63,711 nt of DNA, filler included, from Bigelowiella natans CCMP2755 (GCA_000320545.1; 6 parts of 6 records of this genome joined end to end with filler, not necessarily neighbours in it); one strand, 5' to 3'; shown: positions 41,486 to 54,936, counted from the first letter of the whole stretch. Program-made: numbers and translations. Notes: a model not told the origin generated them from the sequence alone.

Positions 41486-43061
41486 CGCTCTTTCGTCGGT
41501 GACGCTGGCGTCCGCAGGATTGCATGCACATGCAGACCGGAGTAGCAGCCGAGGGAGCTGGTTTCTTAGCCGCCGGGGCCTGCGCTGGGGACTTCTTGGC
41601 CTGGGTTGGGTATGATGAAAGACACGTGATGAAAGTGGTAACAATGCGACGAGCTGCTGTATCACTCACACATCAAACACACGCACGCGAAAGGAATTCA
41701 ACTAATTGCTGCTATCAGCAACGCATGTTCCAGCATCGGCCGTCGTGTCGTAAGTACCGGGGCAGCAGCGGGCTTGGGAGGAGGAGCAGCCGCCTTCTTC
41801 TTCGTCATAGCAGCGGGTTTTTTGGGGGGGGGGGGGGCAACCTTCTTCTTCGTCATTTCAGCAGGCTTCTTTTGGGGGGGAGGGGCCATCTTCTTCGTTT
41901 GAGGGACCACCTGTCGGCGTGCATGAAGGCAAGGTCAGGGTTGCGTGGCGGGATTGTCGGTTTCAAATCTCATCATCATCATCAGCAGCAGCAGCATCAT
42001 CATCATCATCAGCAGCAGCAGTAAAGCATCATCATCATCCTCCTTCTCCTCCTTCTCCTCCTTCTCGATATCTTCAACGACCTTTCTTTGCGTTTGTACG
42101 GCAGGTTTTGCCTTTAACTGCTTTGTCCCAATAGCCATTGAGGCCAGTGTCTGTTCAAAATTGATTCGTATATATATATATATATATATACATATATACA
42201 TACATACATATATATTTATAATGCGATTTTATCGCGTGATCGACCTTCTTCATCGTTTGGGATGGCTGATCCAAAGTGCCCTTTGCTGGGTGGGAGGAGC
42301 ATCATCGTCAGATCATGAATCACAGTACGGATAGTTCTCATAATTGAGCCGAGTATATCTGTTTCAACTTTGTAGTCCCCCCCCCCCCCCCCCCCCCCCC
42401 CCCTCTCTCACTCACTTTCTACGAAAAACCTGCGTGTTTCACGAGGAAGGATGGACACACTTGCCATTCCTACTTCTAGCCGCGGCTAGCGGACTACTAC
42501 TACAGCGCATGCTGTTGTTTGTGTTGTCGGTACCATCAGACGCGGGCACAGATTGGGACGAGGTTTTCTCGTAGATGATCAGGTCGTTTCCGGGGGTGAG
42601 CTGATATGTTGTATATACGTTTGATATCTGTATTGTGTGTATAGAGCATGCCATATCGACTTTCGCCACTGCCTTTCTCCATCCATGCAACCCCCCCTCC
42701 CCCCCCCCTCGGAGCAAACTCTGCAGTACCCTATCAACACGAAGCTCCTTATCGATAAACGTCGTCTCGGCCTTAGGAATGGATCATAAATGAATGGGTC
42801 TAGTACATCAAACAAGGTACAATTTGCACAAACAGCCCCCCGCCCCCCCGCCCTTCTCAGTTCAGTAGCAGCGCGAAGACCTTCGCACGTGCTCGGAGGG
42901 GGAAGGGACGAATTGGCAGGTTGAAGCTGCCAGATCCGGTCGATAAGATGTACTCTTTAAAGCTAAGGAGAAGAGGAAGAGAGAGGCCATAGGAATGACG
43001 ACGACGATAAGGATGATGGTGGTGATGGTGGTGATGATGATGGGAGGATGGGCATTGCAAA

Positions 43062-43098
<37 letters not shown>

Positions 43099-43529
43099 AG
43101 GGAGGCGGGGGGGAGGGATGGGAGGTGAAGGATTTTGCTGATTTTAGGTTGCTATTATTACATGTATTCGATCGTATCGTCCGCAATGACCTGAGAGAAC
43201 AATATCAAATGCACGATTACATCAGATAATTCACCCGTAAAACAAGACAAGGGAAGAGAACCACTTCGTTAGGGAAAATGCAGTTGGCGCTGCCGTCATC
43301 ATCATCGATCCCATCATCATTATTATCATCATTATTATTATTATCCCGACGCTATCATCAACGTGCCAAGTGTGAGAGCCACGGAGGCTTTGTGTACGGG
43401 GGGGGGGCTAGTGAGTGCGTGGAGGTGACGATGATGTTACGATAGTGATGGTGATGATTGTGGTTTGGGTGGTGGGAGATTATATGCACACACACACGCA
43501 CACGCACACGCACACGCATTATACAAATA

Positions 43530-43572
<43 letters not shown>

Positions 43573-44173
43573 CACACACACACACACACACATGTGTGTG
43601 TGTGTGTGTGTATAATATCTCGATGTGTCGCATATTCCTCCTTTGCTGATCATCCTGACCTCAAGTGGCGCTTTGATGTCCAAGGAGGACTTGGGCCCCA
43701 GAGTGTACACCTGGTCAACTGTCTTGCCGCGCATATCAACCTGATGGCGGAGGGGGTGGGGGAGATGCATTTGGTGATGACGATATCGACGATGATGATG
43801 ATGATGATGACGATGATGACGATGATGACGGCGGTGGTGATGGTGAGGACGGACGCTGATGAGCGCGTTGTTACCGTCTGCGCACGCGTGTGTGTTTGTA
43901 TTCGCACCTTCTGCACCGTCTGAGAAGCGGACTTTCCAATGTCGCTTTCGGTTGTGTAGATCACCTGTGTTTAGCAGCGAGGAAGGAAGGTTATATGGAT
44001 CTGAGCTGCACTCTAAATATGTACAGCCGCGCGACTTTGTGTGTGCGTGTGTGAGCGTGTTTGACGGATTGATTTATTCGTCGTTTTGTACCTTCCAAAA
44101 ACCATCCATTGCAGCGACAGGCTTGGGGCTAGGATTCACGCCTTCGCGGGTTGTTTATACAATGTGTACACGT

Positions 44174-44212
<39 letters not shown>

Positions 44213-44237
44213 TATAAGTAAATAAATAAATGTGTTT

Positions 44238-44276
<39 letters not shown>

Positions 44277-44579
44277 GAGTGTGTATGCGTGTGTGCGAGA
44301 TGAAAAAAAATATGTATAGAATACCCAATCATCATAGGTAGTTTAGAGTACATGAGCCTTCATAACACTCTTTCCTCCTCCCTTCCCCCCCTCCCCCTTC
44401 ATCAAAAAGGATCTTCCTCCTCCTCCTCCTCCCCCCCCCCCCTCTCCTCGTTCCTGTCAAATCGCTACTAACCTTCAAGGTCCTCAATTGCTTCAAAAAG
44501 CTCCTAATAATCACACAGAATTAGAGTCTCAGCCTTGCCACTTCGTGCAGCAAACACACACACGCACACACATAGACGC

Positions 44580-44621
<42 letters not shown>

Positions 44622-46373
44622 CTTATTTCTGCCTTAATTCACATTCGGGGGGTGGGGGGGGACCTTCTTGGTGGCCTTGCTTTCGAGAGCATCGAAGAGA
44701 GCTTCCTTCTTGATCTGAACCTGGGGAATTCATTAATCAATCAATCAATGGAGGGAGCGATTGCCCATGATTGGGAAGCTAGGGAGAAGAACGATGAATC
44801 GCGTCTCAGATATGTTATCACATCGGTAGAGCTATTACTGCTCTAGCGCCACCCACGTCCGCATATTTTCGTATTATTTTATGAAAAACCATCTCGCAAC
44901 AGTCCTGGCTGCTGAACGGTCATGTACACCATTATCATTATTATCATTAGTATCATTATTACAATGTTTTGCATCTTCGGGGCCTGTGGAACGCCACGAG
45001 TAGCCAGGGCTGCAGCTCCTAAGAGGGGGAAAGGAAGGCGAGAATCATGAGATCATTAAGAATTTCAGTTTCTCGCGTGAATTGCGCGAAACCAGGACGG
45101 CTGTTTATAAACCTCAATTCTACGTGCGCGTTGCGATTACCTCCAATGGCCGCGACAGCTCCCCCGATAGCAGGAAGAGGGACACTCAACCCCCCCCCTG
45201 AAGAAGAGGAGGAGGAGGAGGAATCGCGGACGGGCGTAGAGGAAGATTTCTTAGGAGCTGGCTTCTCTTTCTTCGTTGTTGGGGATTGCTATGACGGGAG
45301 AGGGCATAAAAGAGAGACGGGGGGGGGGGGGAAGGTGGTGTTGGACATTCGTGAAGGCAAGCTCTTTTTAATACAAGATTGGTGATGTTAAGGAAGGGAT
45401 ATCAGCAACTTTCTCCCCTCCTCTCTCCTTTCTCAAATTAGGCAAAAACAAGAGGCATATTGATGCCTTCGCTCTCTTGGACATTGTACGTGTTCTCCAT
45501 TTTTTATTACCCACCCCCCCTCAACCCCTTTAGCTCAGGTCATCCTACTGATACGATAAAGAAGGCGGCGACAAGCGGTGATAATGATCACTGCTAAGAC
45601 TATTACTTGGGTCGCGGCGTTATAGATATCAGCAGCGTTGCCGAAATCCGAGAAATCGTCGTCATCGGCTGCACACGTGCACGAAGCCAATGTCACAAGG
45701 ATGTTACAGTGAAAGAAAATTACAAGACACACGTTCAAACACACACACACACACACACACACATTCTTCTCACGCACGCACTGCGCGCGCGCGTCAATAT
45801 ATTCGATCTGCATAGAATGTTGTTCATCAAGCACCGACCGATTGCCCTGCGATTGGAGAGAGCGGCACCCGATATGGCTGTCGCTATTCCGGCCAAAGCT
45901 GACCTTCTATCAACTGGATTATTGCTTCCCTAGAAAGGCACGGTTTGGGTGGTATTAATGATGGGCATGCGCGTTGCTGTTTTTTTGTTACTACAGTGCT
46001 AATTCGAGAACGAATGCATGCGAGTGTCAACCAGCAGCGACACGCTACCTTCGCTCCCACATGTAGATTTCTAGCGATACGGCCTACGATGGGAAGAAAG
46101 GGCAGAGGGGAGGGACGGAGAATCAGGTAAAATACGTCGGCTGCCCCCCCCGCCCTCTTCTCTTGGGGGAAAAGAGGGAGGGATTAGGGGTAAAAATGCA
46201 GCCGTCGTTTACGCTCGCAGGGAGCTGCAATTTGCCATTATGTTTTAGTTCGGTCCGCAGCTCTCACCTGTCGCGGGAAGGCGAACGTGTCCTGCGCTAG
46301 CAGCGGAGGTGCGAGAGCTCGTTCGGGGCACGGCTTGGCATACGCCAGCAACGCTCAGAAGGCAGGCCAGCAT
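40965..46373 (-). CDS. Plastid-targeted PAP/fibrillin-domain protein with a long Lys/Ala/Pro-rich tail; 3' end probably truncated
   Basis: Leader MLACLLSVAGVCQA (signal), an R/S-rich transit region, then VDRRSALAGIATAISGAALSNRRAIA. Domain exons: KKEALFDALE, ELFEAIEDLE|GVNPSPKPVAAMDGFWK|VIYTTESD, VDQVYTL, TTFIDKELRVDR|LTPGNDLIIYEK. These match the PAP_fibrillin motifs NPxP..GxWxLxYTT and TTYLDxxLRxxR. The tail carries KKAAPPPKPAAAP-type repeats. Confidence 0.8.
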
Positions 46374-47249
46374 TAGTTTAGAACCCAGTCTGATATATAT
46401 GTATCGTATGGAGTATTGGGGGGGGGGTAGAGGGTTAGATATGAGAGCTCTTGCCCGTCTATTCCCTCATTGATGAAACTTGACGTCGAATCATAAAGTA
46501 AAAAAAAGAATGGGCCCAGACTCAGAACCCCCCCCGCCCTGTCTCCTTCGCATTTCTGCACCGAAAATCTATGAGGGGATGTGCATGATCGGGCCGAGGT
46601 GGCGAGAGAAGTGGAGCCCCCCCAGCAGTTCTTTCCAGCCGGAGAGGCGAAGGATGGAATAGATGATTGAAAAAATTTACCTCATTTCGAGAAGGTGGGC
46701 ACGCGAGTAGGGCGCCATCGTTCAGCAGTGTTCAGCCAAAGCGCACGCGTCTGCAAAAGGCCTACGTTTGTCAGGTAGCCAAGAAGAGATGGTTTGAAGA
46801 AGAAGTTCAGATACTTCAACAAGCGGCAGGGATAAAGTCCAACAGGCGATTTTAGCGAAGAGGAGGGTGCCGAGGTTCAAGTAACAGAAAACAGCCCGGT
46901 TTGGAGGGCTGATGGCTCAGGATGCGTGGTGCAACGGCTGAGCGTCGACGTCGACGTGCGCTTGTAGCTTACGGCTCTTTTCGAGCGAAGCCGGAATGAA
47001 GGTGATTTATCACTTGCTTTATGGCCAAAGTCTTGGCGCAGACCAAAAATACTCCTCGTTTTGCTCTTTTGGTGGAAGGTGAAAATCGAGAGGAAGCTTC
47101 TCGTAGATATTTTCCCTTCTGCGACAAGTCTGGGATTGTCTCTCATCCAGATTCCCGTGGAGGGAGAGACAAAGCCCTTTTCTGATAAAATATAGGGCGT
47201 TTTTGTTTAGAGACAATACATCCGGAAAGCCCAATCTAGACAACTCAGA

Positions 47250-49205
47250 ATGGAGTCGAGCCATCATGAGGAAGCTGGTGGTGGCTCCATTTCTTCCCTA
47301 TGGGACCGCTACTTCTCCACCGAATGCGCCGGCGATGACCCTAGGCTTCCGATTATTGAAACGCTTGAGAAGTTCTTCAAGGAAAACTGCGAAACGTACC
47401 TTGATCCGGTAAGTCTGGTTCAAAAGCTCGAGCGAAATGCCTTCGCGCAATTTTTGAGAGATGCTTGAAATGCTGCACTTTGGCCTTTCTGGGACAGATT
47501 CATTATAACTTCCGCTCAAGTCTTGAATGATAAACTTAGAATTGTACATTGTCGTCGAGCTTGCGAAAAGAGTGACCTAAACTTCTTCTTTTCCAACCCC
47601 TGTTTATCCATGAAGGCGGAGATTAAAAAGCACAACCGCGTCAGCATCGACTTCCAAGTCCTCGCGAAACAGATTCCCATAGCAGACTTCGTGAAAGTTT
47701 TGAAGGAGCAGCCTCGGATGATCCTCTCAATCATGTCTATTCGTGTCACCGCGCTCTCTATCTGCTTCGCCGCGGCGACATGTGCCAGCGGCTTACGGTG
47801 CGCTTCCAGAACTACAGGCCGATCACCTCACTCCGAAAGCTGAAGTCCAACCTTGTCGATAAGTTCATCGCGCTGAGAGGCAACGTCGTCAGGGTCAGCA
47901 ACATCAAGCCCCTTGTGCGTAAAATGTGGTTCGAGTGCGCTAACTGCGGCGCGAAGTTCTGCGAGATATTCACGGATGGGAAGTTCCGATCCCCCACCTC
48001 CTGCATCGACAACTGCAGAAGCCGAACCTTCCTTCCGGAGAGGGCGAGCGCCGTTGTAGTCGACTTCCAGACCGTTCGCATCCAGGAGATTGTCAGCAAC
48101 GCCGAGAAGGATCAAGGGAGAATACCTCGCACGATGGAGTGTGAGTTTACTGATGACTTAGTGGACTGCTGCATTCCAGGTGACGTCGTTGACATATCCG
48201 GCATCGTCAAGGCTCGAAAGACGGAGATCCGCTCCTCCTCCTCCAAGTCCAAGAACAAGATGCTGTACGTGCTCTACATCGACGTGAACGCGGTATCGAA
48301 CGGCAACGCCAACGAGAACGGGAAACTGGACATCATGCAGTTCTCCGAGCGCGACTTCGAGGCTTTCGAGGAGATCGCCAACCAGAAGGACGTCTTCAAG
48401 CTCATCGTCAACTCCCTCTGCCCGACAATCTACGGCCACGAAACCGTCAAGGCGGGCCTCTGCCTCGCGCTGTTCGGGGGGGCGCAGAAGAAGGCAGGGG
48501 CGAACAAGGTCAGCGTGCGCGGCGACTCACACATCCTCGTGGTGGGGGACCCCGGACTGGGGAAGAGCCAGATGCTGCGGGCCTGCGCCCGGGTCGCGCC
48601 GCGGGGCGTGTACGTGTGCGGTAACACCTCCACCACCTCGGGCCTGACGGTCACGATGGTGAAAGAGGGGAGCTCCGGCGACTACGCGCTCGAGGCAGGG
48701 GCGCTTGTGCTGGCAGACCAGGGCTGCTGCTGCATCGACGAGTTTGATAAGATGGGGAAAGAGCACAACTCGCTGCTCGAGGCGATGGAGCAGCAGTCTA
48801 TCTCTCTCGCGAAGGCGGGGATCGTGTGCAGCCTCTCGTCGCGCTGCGCCGTCCTGGCCGCGGCCAACCCAGTGGGGGGGCACTACGACCGCGCGAAGAC
48901 CGTCAATGAGAACCTGAAAATCAACACGGCACTGCTGTCAAGGTTTGACCTCGTCTTCATCCTGCTGGATCGGCCAAACCAAGCGCGCGACCAGATGTTG
49001 TCGGAGCATGTTATCAGACTCCATTCGGTAGTAAGTAGCAGTGGTAGCAGTAGTAGCAGTAGTAGTAGTAATTGTTGTTGTCGTGGTCGTAGTCCGTGCC
49101 GTCGATGTAGCAGTCAGCGCTGTAAGTGCTAGTGAGAAGAATGGCGTTGGAAGGGGGTTCGGCAAATCTTGGATTATATAATACCCATATGGTGAATGTC
49201 ATCTC

Positions 49206-49253
<48 letters not shown>

Positions 49254-49330
49254 TGTGTGTGTGCGTGTGTGTTTATCACTCTCTTCTCTCTTGCCGGTCC
49301 ATACCCACCTCCCCTCCCCCCCCCTGCGCG

Positions 49331-49363
<33 letters not shown>

Positions 49364-50067
49364 TCTACTCGCATCAGGGGCTCCGCAAGAAGACATCGCA
49401 GTCATCATCATCATCATCAGCAGCAGCATCTAGCTGTTGGACCCCGAGGAGCGACCTCTCCTCCTCTACTGCCTCCCAACCCGGCTACCTGACACAGAAG
49501 CTGTATAACATCGATAAAGGCCTGGCGGAGCGCCTCGCACTCGCCGAGGGTGACAGAAGAGCCTTTGACCCTCTCCCCCCCTATCTCTTGCGAAAGTACA
49601 TCGCCTATGCGAGGAATTACATCCACCCACGGCTGGATGAGGCCAGCAAGCAAGTCCTCTCGGATTTCTATTTGAAGCTCCGAACCGAGGTGAAGGGAAA
49701 ACGGGGGGGGGGGGAGGTTGTTGTGGTGTGGTTTTTAGATTGATTTTCTCCTGAGAAGAAGAAGAAGAAGGAGAGGAAGCAACAATCAAATCGCGTCTCC
49801 TATTCTGACGGCTACTCCTTCGTCGCGCGCTGTTCCTTACAACCCGTAAAAATAACATCAATACAGCACAAGAACATCGATGGGACCCCAATTACCACCA
49901 GGCAGCTAGAATCGCTCATCCGCTTGGCAGAGGTAGGAGCTGCGGTATGATGATGACGATTCCACTGCTTATCATAACAACAACAACAACCTATTCGTCA
50001 TCATCAATCACCGTTTGTGTGCCCAGCGCTAGCGCAAATCGTCAGCTTCTCTTTCCTCTCCCCCCCC

Positions 50068-50111
<44 letters not shown>

Positions 50112-50763
50112 CTTATCATTATCATCGTCGTCATCATCATCATCATCATCATCATTGACTATATCTGCTGTTATGGCCAACAACTCACTCCTCAGGCAAG
50201 GGCACGCATCGATATGAGAGAGACGGTCACAGCGGCAGATGCGAGGGACGCAGTTGAAGTCATGACCGAATCACTGCACGACGTGTTTGCGGACGATGAT
50301 TTGGGGACGGTACTACACGCTAGGAGGAGGGGGGGGGCGGAGGGAGCAACTTTTTAGATAGAAGTGTAGAGACCGTTTTTGGAGGAGGAGGAGGAGGAGG
50401 AGGAGGAGTTGCCAACACAGCTAATGTCAAAGTCCCCTTGTCTTAAATTTCCCCCCTCTTCTTCCCTCGCCCGCCCCTCCCTTTCTCCCGTCCCCTGTGC
50501 AGATCGATTTCCGCAGCGGAGGAGGGGGAGGGGGGAGGAATCTGAGCCAAGCTAAAAAGGTGAAGATTTTCATCAAAGAACTCAGGAAAGAAGCCAAGCG
50601 GCGGCAAACGGATGTAATGGGCACAGGCGTGCTGTTTAACATCGGGACGCGAGTTCTTCCGTCAATGGACGATTTCCAGCGATTCCTGGACTATCTGAAC
50701 AGTGAGAACTGGATCTTGAAAAAGGGGGCGAAGCTGTGGAAGCTGCAGACGGGATATATATAA
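47250..50763 (+). CDS. MCM8: DNA helicase MCM8
   Basis: Exons 47250-47408, 47616-49030 (1-nt frameshift at 47741/47742), 49378-49689, 49867-49932, 50196-50309, 50503-50763. Motifs: WDRYF N-terminus, CANC..C..C zinc site, GRIPRTMECE, GDPGLGKSQ (Walker A), GVYVCGN (MCM8-type), CIDEFDKM, SRFD, ITTRQLESLIRL, and a C-terminal winged helix ILKKG..WKL. Confidence 0.95.
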
Positions 50764-50873
50764 TTACGATGGCCATGGCCATCATGGTGGTGGTGGGTGA
50801 CGACGATGGTGATAAATGATGATCGGGGAGCATGTAAAGAATGATGGAGATAAATGATATAAATATTATAATG

Positions 50874-50928
<55 letters not shown>

Positions 50929-51525
50929 AATTTCTCTCGCACTAAATGACGACGGTGATATCGCCGCCGCAAAAAATTGTACAGGCATGTTAGAAATGCA
51001 CATGTAATGAAAACCTGAATCCATCAGTCATCAGCAGAAATGAAACTGATCGGTGGCATCGAATAATTTTGTGTGCATGTGTTATATCTAGTCATCGCTG
51101 CGGCACATGCTAGCATGTGCACTGGTGCATGCCAGCTCTGAAATGTGTAAATGAATATATGAATGCCATGCTGTGCTCTAAACGCGTCGCTGCCTACGAC
51201 GCTGTCTGTCTAGCTGCTATACTACAGCTGTGCTAAGCCATGCACATCTAGATGCTATGCGCATTTATATCTCTATATCTCTGAGTCTACGTACACGAGG
51301 TCTGACTAGACGTCCACATGCACGCAAACTAGCAATAAAGCTATGCTAGATAGAATTTAAGCTCTAATCAATCTGCAATGCATTCGCAACAGGATAATCA
51401 GGCAATCTAGCCTAATGCTAATAAGATCTCCACAAATATCAGATGCTAGCTAGCTAGCATAGCTGTCAGCTAGCAGCACTTTCTAATCACTAATAATAGA
51501 AGTAGTATTTATCTAATGAACGGCA

Positions 51526-51625
51526 NNNNNNNNNNNNNNNNNNNNNNNNNNNNNNNNNNNNNNNNNNNNTTAATTAATTAANNNNNNNNNNNNNNNNNNN
51601 NNNNNNNNNNNNNNNNNNNNNNNNN
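51526..51625. other. Artificial contig-joining spacer
   Basis: N44-TTAATTAATTAA-N44. Confidence 0.99.
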
Positions 51626-52057
51626 CATCAAGGCATCATCATCATCACACAGCGACACAGCTTGTAGTAGATCGACTCACATCGTCGCAGTAAGAGGATT
51701 CTAGCAACGCAATCCTCCCCTCTTCAATCCAAGATTTTGCCCAGCAGATCAAGAAATATCTTAGGAGTATGCTAAGAGCGATGATGATGATGATGGTGTT
51801 CAAGTGCCAAAGGTAGGAGTTCTGTTTGATTCGACGGTACTGTCGGGGATACAGAGACCCCCGCTACGGAGGCGCATACCGCGAACTAGCTCGGACATTT
51901 CATAGCTAGTCAGGCGCGTGAGACGAATGGGAGAGAAGGGACATGCGAAGCAATGGTGAGTCTGGAAAAAAATGTGAAGATTGGTTTGCATGGATGTTGG
52001 CGCTGTGTGTCATATCGCGAAAACGAGCATCTTCCTCAACCACCCCACCCCTCCCAG

Positions 52058-52943
52058 GCGTTGGATGGCGCTCATCGATCTGGAGACGGGCGGCAATGAG
52101 GGGGGAGGCCGCCGCCGCCATAGAAACTCCGACCTATGGAACGTCGCCCCTGCAGAACGCCAAGCGCGCGGCCACTGCCTGAGCCATTTGCGCCTGGTTA
52201 GGTCTGAAAAGGCCGAGGAAGCCCGCGGCATTCGCTATGTGTTTCGGATATCCCACTCGTGTCGCAGCAGCAGTCTTCTTAAGGAGGAGAAGAGGGGGGA
52301 GGAGGAGGAGGAGAGACAACAAAGGGTGGGGAAGGGGGAGGGGGATGTGGCGGAGCGGAAGCGTATGAGTGATGATGGCGCTGGCGAGTGCACTGAGGTC
52401 AGTTTGCTAGCTGAACCACTACTGTCCGTTTAAAGCCCCCTGCTTCTCCCACCTCCTCAGCAGCCTGTTCTCATATTCATATATCATCGATTCTCATCAG
52501 ATCGAGGACCTTCTCGAGAAAGGCCGTGGCGGTTGTAGTGGTGGGCAGTCAAAGGACGAATCTGGAATGGTGCCGCCCTCGTCTCCCCCCCCCTCCTCCT
52601 CGTCCCTGCTGGACAATTGCGGACTACACAAGGGCGATATGGTGGCCGTCAGCTCCCACGGCGGGCAGCTTGCGACATGTTTCGTCACGATCGAGGGCAT
52701 GGTGGGGGGGGGCAACGTCGGTGGACGCGATGAGAGCGCCAGGGGGGGGGGGCTGATTAGCGTGCTGTGCACGCGAGGAGACCCTCTTGCGAAGTATCTG
52801 GCCGAAGAAGATGCTACTGGCAGTAGCAGCAGCAGAGCCAGAGGAGCAACTACCCACAACGCCCACGATAGCGACCAGCATTTAAGTGAGTACACGCGAA
52901 AGCACAGACAGACGTTTGTGTATATGTGTGTGTGTGTGTGTGT

Positions 52944-52985
<42 letters not shown>

Positions 52986-53857
52986 ATATCAGAGCTATAG
53001 ATCGTATTTCCCTTAAATCCTAAATCGCATCAAGTGGACGATACGCTAACTCATGCTCGCAAGCTTCTGCAGCCACTGCCGCTGATGACGGTGACGATGG
53101 GACCATTCACTCATTTCCCCCTCCTCCTTCTCGCTCGTTCTTTTCCCTTCCTCCTCCGAGTAGATACGCAGAAAGGCTAAATCCCGAGCAACGCTTTGCT
53201 ATTACACGGTTAGTCTATAATTCAACGATTCTTCATGTATTAACGGCCGGAAAACAAACCAGTGTGCACAGCATATGATGATTTTACGCGTAACGGTCAT
53301 CGTCCCGAGAAAGGGATTCCAACCACGAAACGCATGATGATGCCTTTCACACTGCGAGAAAGAGATCTTCCGTGGCAGAAAACATCGGCGTTCCAATTTT
53401 CACAATTGCACCTTTTCAGCTTTCCATGGATGATGTTTCTCTCCCCCCCTCCCCCCCCCTCTCTCCTCTATTTCTCTCTTTCTCCCTCTGCCCCTCGCTC
53501 TTTTTCTCCCCCGTCCCTCCCTCCGTCCTCCTCACCATCCCTCCGCACTTTCTCCCTCTGATACGCGCTTTTTCTATGTGTGTCTGGGTCCGGGGGGGTG
53601 GGGGGGGGGGGGGGGGGGATGGATTGACAACGGCCCATAGCGCTCTAAGGGCGAAAGACTACGTTCTGCTCCTTGGGATGCCCGGCACGGGGAAATCATC
53701 GACGATCGTCTTCCTTGTGCGCGTGCTTGTCGCGCTGCACAAAACCGTGCTGCTGACGAGCTACACGCACACAGCGGTCGACAACCTGCTGGTGAAACTT
53801 CGTAGCAAAGGCGTCCGGTTCGCGCGCTTCGGGAAGATGAGCTCCATCGACCCCAGG
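52058..53857 (+). CDS. DNA2: DNA2 nuclease/helicase, internal fragment
   Basis: AKDYVLLLGMPGTGKSSTIVFLVRVLVALHKTVLLTSYTHTAVDNLLVKL (53641-53857) is the DNA2-type SF1 helicase motif I/Ia. Upstream exons WMALIDLE..DLW...ERQARGHCLSHL and GDMVAVSS match the DNA2 stalk/barrel. Confidence 0.9.
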
Positions 53858-54184
53858 GTGAGGACGGATGCTTGGAAGGATGTGGTGGGGGCGGGGGGGG
53901 GGGGGACAGATGAAAGGATAGTATGAAGGCGATGCCATGGCAATGGCGATTATGATGACGATGTTGTTGATGATGATGATGGTGGTGATGGCGGTCATAA
54001 GAAGGCTACGATCAGTGAATTGAGGTGAGGAAGAGAGGCTGTTGCTTATCTCTCACCTCTAGTTTCCCCTGCTGCTCTTCATCGCGAGCCTCTTTGCCTT
54101 AAATGACAGATGAAATAACCGAAACAATGAGGGGAAGACAGGAGGGTTCAGAAGACCGAAAAGGGCTACCAGGGGGGGGGGGGG

Positions 54185-54284
54185 NNNNNNNNNNNNNNNN
54201 NNNNNNNNNNNNNNNNNNNNNNNNNNNNTTAATTAATTAANNNNNNNNNNNNNNNNNNNNNNNNNNNNNNNNNNNNNNNNNNNN
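54185..54284. other. Artificial contig-joining spacer
   Basis: N44-TTAATTAATTAA-N44. Confidence 0.99.
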
Positions 54285-54468
54285 ACGACGAAGACAGCAC
54301 GCGCCACACACGCGAGTGCGCATTCGGCGAGAGAGAGGAGGGGGGGGGGGAGAGAAAACGGGAAGGAAGATGGCAGCAATCATTCGTACGAACATAGGGA
54401 ACAAAGTCTCGCTGAGAATGTAAACGTAAAAACCCCTTCTTCTCACCTTTCCGTGCTGATGATCACAG

Positions 54469-54897
54469 GTGTTAAGATACGAGTCGGTGACGCACCCAGA
54501 GTGCCCCTCCAAGGACGTGAAACTGGCCAAGTTTAACGGCGACTATGACGGCCGCGTCGAGGGCTCCTTCGATCGCCATTACTGGACCGTGAATCGGTGC
54601 GGCAAAGAGGAGGAGACGTACGTTCTAGACTACTTTGACACCAAAAAGCTCGATGAGATCACGATGCCCTACAGCAACGACGATATCGAAATACAGGTAA
54701 GAAGAACAGGAGAGCAAGAACAAGGAGGAGGGGGAACCCAAACGCCTTTCTCTTTCTCTTTCCCATTCCCTTCCCCCGCCCCGAGAGCCCCTCGTCCGTA
54801 CCCCACTCTCCCAACATTTCCTTTTTTTTAGCTTTCAACACATAATTGGCACAGGCACACACGTCACATGTACAAACACACACACACACATAATATA

Positions 54898-54936
<39 letters not shown>

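Noticed and set aside
47250-53857. Apparent DNA-repair cluster MCM8 + DNA2
   Set aside because: The two genes are on different contigs separated by a spacer.
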